NCBI GenBank assembly: GCA_949299165.1
Contig: CASFZJ010000002.1
Span: 4,924-68,923, forward strand
From: an uncultured bacterium
GTDB lineage: Bacteria; Bacillota_I; Bacilli_A; RFN20; CAG-826
DNA: 64,000 nucleotides
Direction: 5' to 3'
Position 1 is the stretch's first letter, and the number at the start of each line of letters is the position of its first letter. The position numbers and the translations under genes are program-made. Positions 58,307 to 64,000 of this stretch are shown piece after piece. The notes below the pieces were generated by a model, which searched no databases, was not told the DNA's origin, and was given only the letters and a program-made list of their open reading frames with translations.

Positions 58307-59326
58307 TTATTTCTTAGAATATCTTTCCATCCATTTAAGATATTCACCACTTTCAACGTGGTTTAACCATTCTTCATTTTCAAGATTCCATTTGATTGTT
58401 TCTTTAATTCCTGTGTCAAAATTGAATTCTGGTTTCCAACCAAGTTCAGTTTCAATCTTGTGTGGATCAATTGCATATCTTAAATCGTGTCCTGGTCTAT
58501 CTTTGACGTAGTTAATTAAACTTTCAGGTTTTCCTAAAGCATTTAAGATTGTTTTTACTACTTGAAGGTTTGTTCTTTCGTTGTGTCCACCAATATTATA
58601 TACTTCGCCATCTCTTCCGTTTCTTACAACAAGGTCGATTGCTGTACAGTGGTCCCCAACATATAGCCAATCTCTAACATTAGCACCATTTCCATAAACT
58701 GGTAATGATTCATCATTTTTTGCTTTTTGAATCATAAGCGGAATGAGCTTTTCTGGGAATTGATAAGGTCCATAATTATTTGAACATCTTGAAATGGTCA
58801 CTGGAAGTTTAAATGTTCTATTGTAAGCAAGAACAAGTAAATCAGCGCTTGCTTTTGATGCTGAATATGGAGATGAAGTATGTAATGGTGTAGTTTCTGT
58901 AAAGAAAAGATCTGGTCGATCTAAAGGAAGATCGCCATACACTTCATCTGTTGAAACTTGATGGAATCTTTTAATCCCATATTTTCTACATGCATCCATG
59001 AGAACTGAAGTACCAATGATATTTGTCTCTAAGAAAATTTCTGGATTTTCAATACTTCTATCAACGTGACTTTCAGCAGCAAAGTTGATAACGTAATCAA
59101 AATGCTCTTTTTCAAAAAGCTCATAGACTGCTTTTCTGTTACAAATATTTTCGTGAACAAATTTAAAGTTTGTTTTTTTCATGATTGGAACTAATGTTTC
59201 CATATTTCCAGCATATGTTAATGCATCAATACAAACATATTCATCATTTGGATATTTGTTTACCATGATATGGAGGAAATTTCCACCAATGAAACCTGCT
59301 CCACCTGTAACTAAGAATTTTGCCAT
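58307..59326 (-). CDS. rmlB: dTDP-glucose 4,6-dehydratase
   Basis: AAESHVDRSI, STDEVYG, YSASK, FPEKLIP. Confidence 0.98.
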   Translation of the reverse strand: MAKFLVTGGAGFIGGNFLHIMVNKYPNDEYVCIDALTYAGNMETLVPIMKKTNFKFVHENICNRKAVYELFEKEHFDYVINFAAESHVDRSIENPEIFLETNIIGTSVLMDACRKYGIKRFHQVSTDEVYGDLPLDRPDLFFTETTPLHTSSPYSASKASADLLVLAYNRTFKLPVTISRCSNNYGPYQFPEKLIPLMIQKAKNDESLPVYGNGANVRDWLYVGDHCTAIDLVVRNGRDGEVYNIGGHNERTNLQVVKTILNALGKPESLINYVKDRPGHDLRYAIDPHKIETELGWKPEFNFDTGIKETIKWNLENEEWLNHVESGEYLKWMERYSKK

Positions 59327-59341
59327 ATTAATCCTCCCTAA

Positions 59342-60184
59342 TTATAACAAAGTTGAATTTTTAATTATTTCTAAAATTTTTGCGTTATCCCCATAAATGC
59401 ATGGTGACTCAGATTCTCTTTCTGGATAAACACCCCAGTTTAATTTTAATTTTATATTATTTTCACTTATATACATTAATATTTGTTCTTTCAACGAAAT
59501 AGGTTTTCCACTGGAAACATTAATAATGCCGTTTATTTTATTTTGAGTAATACACATTGATATCAATTTGCATAAACCATTTATATCGATAAAGTCAAAC
59601 TTATTGACTCCACTCGTTAAATTAAACTCTTTAATGCCTGCTTTATATGCTTTTTTAATTTTGCAGAAAACTGATGCTCCAAACTCATCATCACCATATA
59701 TATAAAAAGCTCTTAACCGTTTCCAAGAACAATTGTTTTGTTCGCATAAAAGTTTCGTACATTCTCTTAAACAATTTTTCGAAATCCCATAATAATTAGT
59801 TGGTTTGCATGGTGTATTTTCGTCAACCGCTCCTTCCCGGTAACCTACTTCATGCATTGTCCCCATAATTGCTAAATTTTTAAGTCCATTTATAACAAGA
59901 TTTTCCAAAAATTTGAAGTGTGAAGACAAATCTAAAATATGTTTATTTGAATCATGTTTAAAGCCGTCGCGCCAAGCCAAATGTACACAAACATCTGGTT
60001 CGTCAAAAAAGGAAAACAAATCTTTATTTTCGAAGTTAAAAATATCAAAATTAACAAATCTAGCACGGGAATCTATATGTGAATTATAAAGATCAACCGC
60101 AATAACTTCATGACAATGTTCGCACAAATATGTACAAACCTTTGATCCTATATAACCATTTGCACCTGTTAATAAAATTTTCAT
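59342..60184 (-). CDS. NAD-dependent sugar reductase/epimerase (Tll-like)
   Basis: TGANGYIG, HLAWRDGF, MGTMHEVGY, YGISK. Confidence 0.8.
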   Translation of the reverse strand: MKILLTGANGYIGSKVCTYLCEHCHEVIAVDLYNSHIDSRARFVNFDIFNFENKDLFSFFDEPDVCVHLAWRDGFKHDSNKHILDLSSHFKFLENLVINGLKNLAIMGTMHEVGYREGAVDENTPCKPTNYYGISKNCLRECTKLLCEQNNCSWKRLRAFYIYGDDEFGASVFCKIKKAYKAGIKEFNLTSGVNKFDFIDINGLCKLISMCITQNKINGIINVSSGKPISLKEQILMYISENNIKLKLNWGVYPERESESPCIYGDNAKILEIIKNSTLL

Positions 60185-60269
60185 TTCTTAAAATCCCTTA
60201 ATTTTTAATCTAATTATAATAGATTTGATTTAAAAATTCTCTTTGTAAAGCATAAACTTTTAAGCAAAA

Positions 60270-61757
60270 TTATGCTTTATTTTTTTGAATTTTTTTCAAA
60301 ATAAAGTTGACTATTTGTTTTGAAGTGTTGAAAACAAGAGAATCTTTTAAAATGAGTTCAAAAATATAATACACAAATACACCTTCCAAGATAATAATTA
60401 ATAAAAGAACAAAATCATTGTGAATAACAATTTTAAGAAGATATTTAGTTAAAAAAGTGCATGCAATCATAATAACACTACTAATAAGAGGTTTAAGACC
60501 TTCTTTATAACTTTCTTTAATACCAATAAACCCACGAGAAAAATAAATTAAAAGAGGTAATTGAATAAGCTCAGCACAAACTTTACCAATAGATGTGCCA
60601 ATAGATTGATAAGAAGGTATTAACAAAAGAGTAAGAATTATATTTAAAACACTCGCCCCAAAAATAATCGCGGTTTGAATCCGTATTTTATTTGATGGCC
60701 TAAAATATAGATATCCATACAAACCATTTAAAGGTCCTAAAATAATTTGCGGAGCGAGTATATAAACTAATAAAATAACTTTTTCGTAGCCAGGACCTAG
60801 GAATAAAGGAATAAAAAGTTCGCAGATTGAATATAAACCAAAAAACAACGGCAACGCAATAATCCAAAATGCCGAAAAAGTTTGTTTAATCTTTTTCTTG
60901 ATTTCTTCTTTATCGTTTATCTCCATTAAATAAGAAATTCTGGAAAACATAATTATGCTAATAGATCCGGCTAAAACAGATAATATTTGTACAATTTTAA
61001 TTGCCATACCATAATATCCATTTTCGGCATCACTTACATTCATTATGCCCAATAAAATTTGATTCAAGTAAGTAAATAACGAAACAGATAAAGAAGGTAT
61101 AAAATAAGGAAAAGATTGTTTAATATAAATTAACGGATGAATATCATTTACGCTGATTCTAGCAAATGAGTCTCTTTTAAATCCAAAGAACATAATAACA
61201 GAGGCAAAAAGTTGCCCGGCACCCAATATTAAGCAATAAACCCAGAGATCATCACTATCTTTAATCAAAACAAAAATCAGAATAAGTGTCAAAATACGCA
61301 TTAAAATATTTCTAATACAAATTCCAACAAATCTTTCTTCGCCTTGAAAAAAGAAGGTAAAGTCCAATGCTGTTGCCAAAATATAAAGGCCAAGACTTAA
61401 ATAACATACCCACGTTCTAAGATCATTGCTTGAGAAAAAAACGTAAATTAAAAAAGCACCTAAAACCAAAATTCCAAATATCAATTTACCAATCAAAATA
61501 GAGAAAAACACACTTGTTTTTCTTACTTTATCATCTCTCGCTTCAGATATCGCTTTTGTGCCTAAATCATTAAACCCAAAAGTAGCAATCAAAACAAAAT
61601 AAGAAACTATGCTGAAATACAAAGAATATTGTCCAACAGCCTCCGGACCTAAAGTTCTAGATATAAAAGGAGTTGTGATTAGAGGAACAAGAAGCGTTAA
61701 TATCTGGTAGATAGCATTAAAAATTGTATTTATTTTTAAAGACGAGATTTTACCCAT
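60270..61757 (-). CDS. Wzx-type polysaccharide flippase
   Basis: YQILTLLVPLITTPFISRTLG, FFQGEERF, many TM segments. Confidence 0.92.
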   Translation of the reverse strand: MGKISSLKINTIFNAIYQILTLLVPLITTPFISRTLGPEAVGQYSLYFSIVSYFVLIATFGFNDLGTKAISEARDDKVRKTSVFFSILIGKLIFGILVLGAFLIYVFFSSNDLRTWVCYLSLGLYILATALDFTFFFQGEERFVGICIRNILMRILTLILIFVLIKDSDDLWVYCLILGAGQLFASVIMFFGFKRDSFARISVNDIHPLIYIKQSFPYFIPSLSVSLFTYLNQILLGIMNVSDAENGYYGMAIKIVQILSVLAGSISIIMFSRISYLMEINDKEEIKKKIKQTFSAFWIIALPLFFGLYSICELFIPLFLGPGYEKVILLVYILAPQIILGPLNGLYGYLYFRPSNKIRIQTAIIFGASVLNIILTLLLIPSYQSIGTSIGKVCAELIQLPLLIYFSRGFIGIKESYKEGLKPLISSVIMIACTFLTKYLLKIVIHNDFVLLLIIILEGVFVYYIFELILKDSLVFNTSKQIVNFILKKIQKNKA

Positions 61758-61759
61758 AA

Positions 61760-62692
61760 TCAAAACACTTTTTTTAAAAAAATAATCAAGCGGTTAATTA
61801 TATTTACCATAATGAAACACTCATGCTTTAATAATACTAGTTGAAAATATCTAATATAATTAACTGCTCCTTTTTTTATTTCTAATCCATAATGAAAATT
61901 AAGATTTGTATCATATAAAACATTTTTAGCTAACTTCTTTTTTTCTGAATTTTTCAATTTAATCTCTTTGTGGAAAATTGCTTTTGGTATTACATAGTCT
62001 AGATAAAACATCAAACAAGTTTTTCTAAATTCATTATCATCGAAAAAGGGCTTCATTGCGGACAAACTATCGCTAAATTTTATATAACAATCAGGGTCAC
62101 ATTTTGTACTTGCGTTGTATTCGTTTTTACAATAAACATATAGTGATTCAGTCAAATGATAAATTTTCTTTGAAAATTTACTTGAAGTTTCCATAAATAA
62201 AAAATCTTCGCAAAAAGACAAATCTTCATTAAAAAAAATTTTGTTATCTGTGATAAATTTTTTTCTAAAAATTTTGCTCCATACAACATATTTTGAATTT
62301 ATAGAATCCTTTTTTATTTTATTTTTATAAGATATTGCATTATTGATGTATAAGATGTCCAAGTTGTCACTTAGATGTTTTTTAGACTCTTCAAGAAAGT
62401 TATCTTTAAGATAATCATCAGCATCAACAAAACTTATAAAATCGCCCCTTGCAAGCTCAATTCCCATATTTCTACTGCTAGAGACTCCGCCATTAGTCTT
62501 ATTTAAAATTTTAATTATTTCATTATTAATTCTAGATAAATAATTAATGGTTTCTTCACTATCGCTTCCATCATTGATGACAATTATTTCATACTCAAAA
62601 TCAACATTTTTTTGATTCAAAAGAGAATCCAAACATCTTGAAAGAAAGTCTTTTTTTGTATTATATACAGGAACTACAAAACTAAGAAGCAT
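61760..62692 (-). CDS. GT2 glycosyltransferase
   Basis: VVPVYN, INDGS, GVSSSRN, FVDADD, ED. Confidence 0.92.
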   Translation of the reverse strand: MLLSFVVPVYNTKKDFLSRCLDSLLNQKNVDFEYEIIVINDGSDSEETINYLSRINNEIIKILNKTNGGVSSSRNMGIELARGDFISFVDADDYLKDNFLEESKKHLSDNLDILYINNAISYKNKIKKDSINSKYVVWSKIFRKKFITDNKIFFNEDLSFCEDFLFMETSSKFSKKIYHLTESLYVYCKNEYNASTKCDPDCYIKFSDSLSAMKPFFDDNEFRKTCLMFYLDYVIPKAIFHKEIKLKNSEKKKLAKNVLYDTNLNFHYGLEIKKGAVNYIRYFQLVLLKHECFIMVNIINRLIIFLKKVF

Positions 62693-63272
62693 ACTTTTCC
62701 CAAACCTTAAGCTCAAAATTATATTTTTTTATTGGCCTTGCGGGTATACCAACGCAAACAGTATATGATGGCAAGTCATTCATTACAATAGCATTAGCTC
62801 CAACTATAACGTTATCCCCTATTGTTACGCCCGGAAAAACTTTTGTATCCATTCCAAAAAAACAGTTATTTCCTATGATTACATCAGAGGTTTCTAAATC
62901 ATTATTCAAAATTGTTTGATTTACATTATCATATTTATGAGAAATTGTTGTAACCATCACTCTAGAAGTAAAAGTACAATTTTTGCCAATATATAATTTG
63001 CTAGCACATGTAATATGAGCATATTGTTCAAATGTTGTACCACTTCCTATAACTATTTCTGGATTAAATTTTTGCCCTCTCCGGCTGTCCAATGCTTCAA
63101 TTCTAGCATATTCACCGAACCTAACATTTTCGCCCAATGAAATGTATTTTTTCCCATAAACTCGAATAGGCTTAAAGAAAACAGCCTTTTTGCCTAATTT
63201 TTTATAAAAAGGTTTATTAACGAAGTAAATTCTTCTTAATATCCCGTTTTTAACATCGTACCAATCTTTCAT
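62682..63272 (-). CDS. Hexapeptide-repeat (LbH) O-acetyltransferase
   Basis: VIIGNNCFFG...GVTIGDNVIVGANAIV...GIPAR. Confidence 0.9.
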   Translation of the reverse strand: MKDWYDVKNGILRRIYFVNKPFYKKLGKKAVFFKPIRVYGKKYISLGENVRFGEYARIEALDSRRGQKFNPEIVIGSGTTFEQYAHITCASKLYIGKNCTFTSRVMVTTISHKYDNVNQTILNNDLETSDVIIGNNCFFGMDTKVFPGVTIGDNVIVGANAIVMNDLPSYTVCVGIPARPIKKYNFELKVWEKYAS

Positions 63273-63382
63273 AAATCAATAACTAACCTCCGTTAATTTT
63301 TTTATAAAACAGTCACCCTCAATATATATTATGTCCTAAAGCAATGAAGAACAAATATAAATAATATTCGTGAAATAATCAA

Positions 63383-64000
63383 CTATTTATATAAATAATC
63401 AATAATTTTGGAGAATTTTTCCAACCAAAATTTTTCATTCAATTGTTGCTCATATAAAATACGTGAATTTCTAGAATATCTGGCAATTTCATTCGAGAGA
63501 ATTGAGTTAATAATCTTTTCTGATAAAACAACGTTTTGAGTATAATTGACTTCGGTTTTCCAGCCATTATAGTCATCAATCACATAATCACCTATCCCAC
63601 CAGTATTGCTTGTAAAAATAGGCAAAGAAAACATACAAGCCTCTGAAAATACAATAGCAGAACATTCTGCTTTGGTAGGGAGAAGAAAAAAATCAGCAGA
63701 CGTATACAACTCAACCAGTTTATTAAGTTGGTCTTCATTATTTTTGTTTAACCTACCAAAAAATTTAACGTTATCGCTCAATGATTTCGATAGTTGATTT
63801 ACACCAACAATATTCAGGTTAAATTTCAAATTATATTTATTATTATTAAGCAAATTAATAGTATCAATAGCTGTATCTATCCCTTTTCTTTTATAATCTA
63901 CACCAACTAATAAAGCATTAAATTCTTTCTTTTTATAATTTTTAGGCTCTAATAACGGATTACAATCTTTAACGTATGAAGGGAACGGAATTACAGAACA
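63383..64000 (-). CDS. GT4 glycosyltransferase (partial, starts beyond right edge)
   Basis: Frame is open from 64000: VGVDYKRKG...LLPTKAECSAIVFSEA...GGI. Confidence 0.88.
   Translation of the reverse strand, partial: CSVIPFPSYVKDCNPLLEPKNYKKKEFNALLVGVDYKRKGIDTAIDTINLLNNNKYNLKFNLNIVGVNQLSKSLSDNVKFFGRLNKNNEDQLNKLVELYTSADFFLLPTKAECSAIVFSEACMFSLPIFTSNTGGIGDYVIDDYNGWKTEVNYTQNVVLSEKIINSILSNEIARYSRNSRILYEQQLNEKFWLEKFSKIIDYLYK

Overview
Very AT-rich chromosomal window from a Bacillota, most likely an uncultured, Mollicute-like Bacilli lineage (RFN20/RF39 type; inferred from gene content). The left half is housekeeping: potABCD, glyA, purA, purB, argS, an SNF2 helicase, infC-rpmI-rplT with an L20 leader, thiI-iscS-ezrA-rpsD and two tRNAs. 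The right half is accessory: surface proteins, a defence-like island at about 47.6-56.2 kb, and an rml/Wzx polysaccharide cluster running off the right edge. Main observations: (1) CGG appears to be read as Trp, supported by several conserved-Trp positions and an in-window paralogue pair; TGA remains a stop. (2) A stand-alone TnpB with intact catalytic residues has a separate downstream omegaRNA-like scaffold; a second, tnpB-less copy 26 kb away shares the scaffold, an upstream hairpin and an RBS-ATG-ACT-stop minigene. (3) A four-gene SipW-type signal peptidase operon has three substrates sharing a GFxx(W/F)x(F/L) motif, a candidate TasA-like filament system. (4) A WYL regulator is paired with a soluble FtsH-like AAA/M41 protease. 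(5) Several repeat arrays surround two AlbA_2/ATPase/wHTH genes. All family assignments come from motif recognition by eye; no searches were run.
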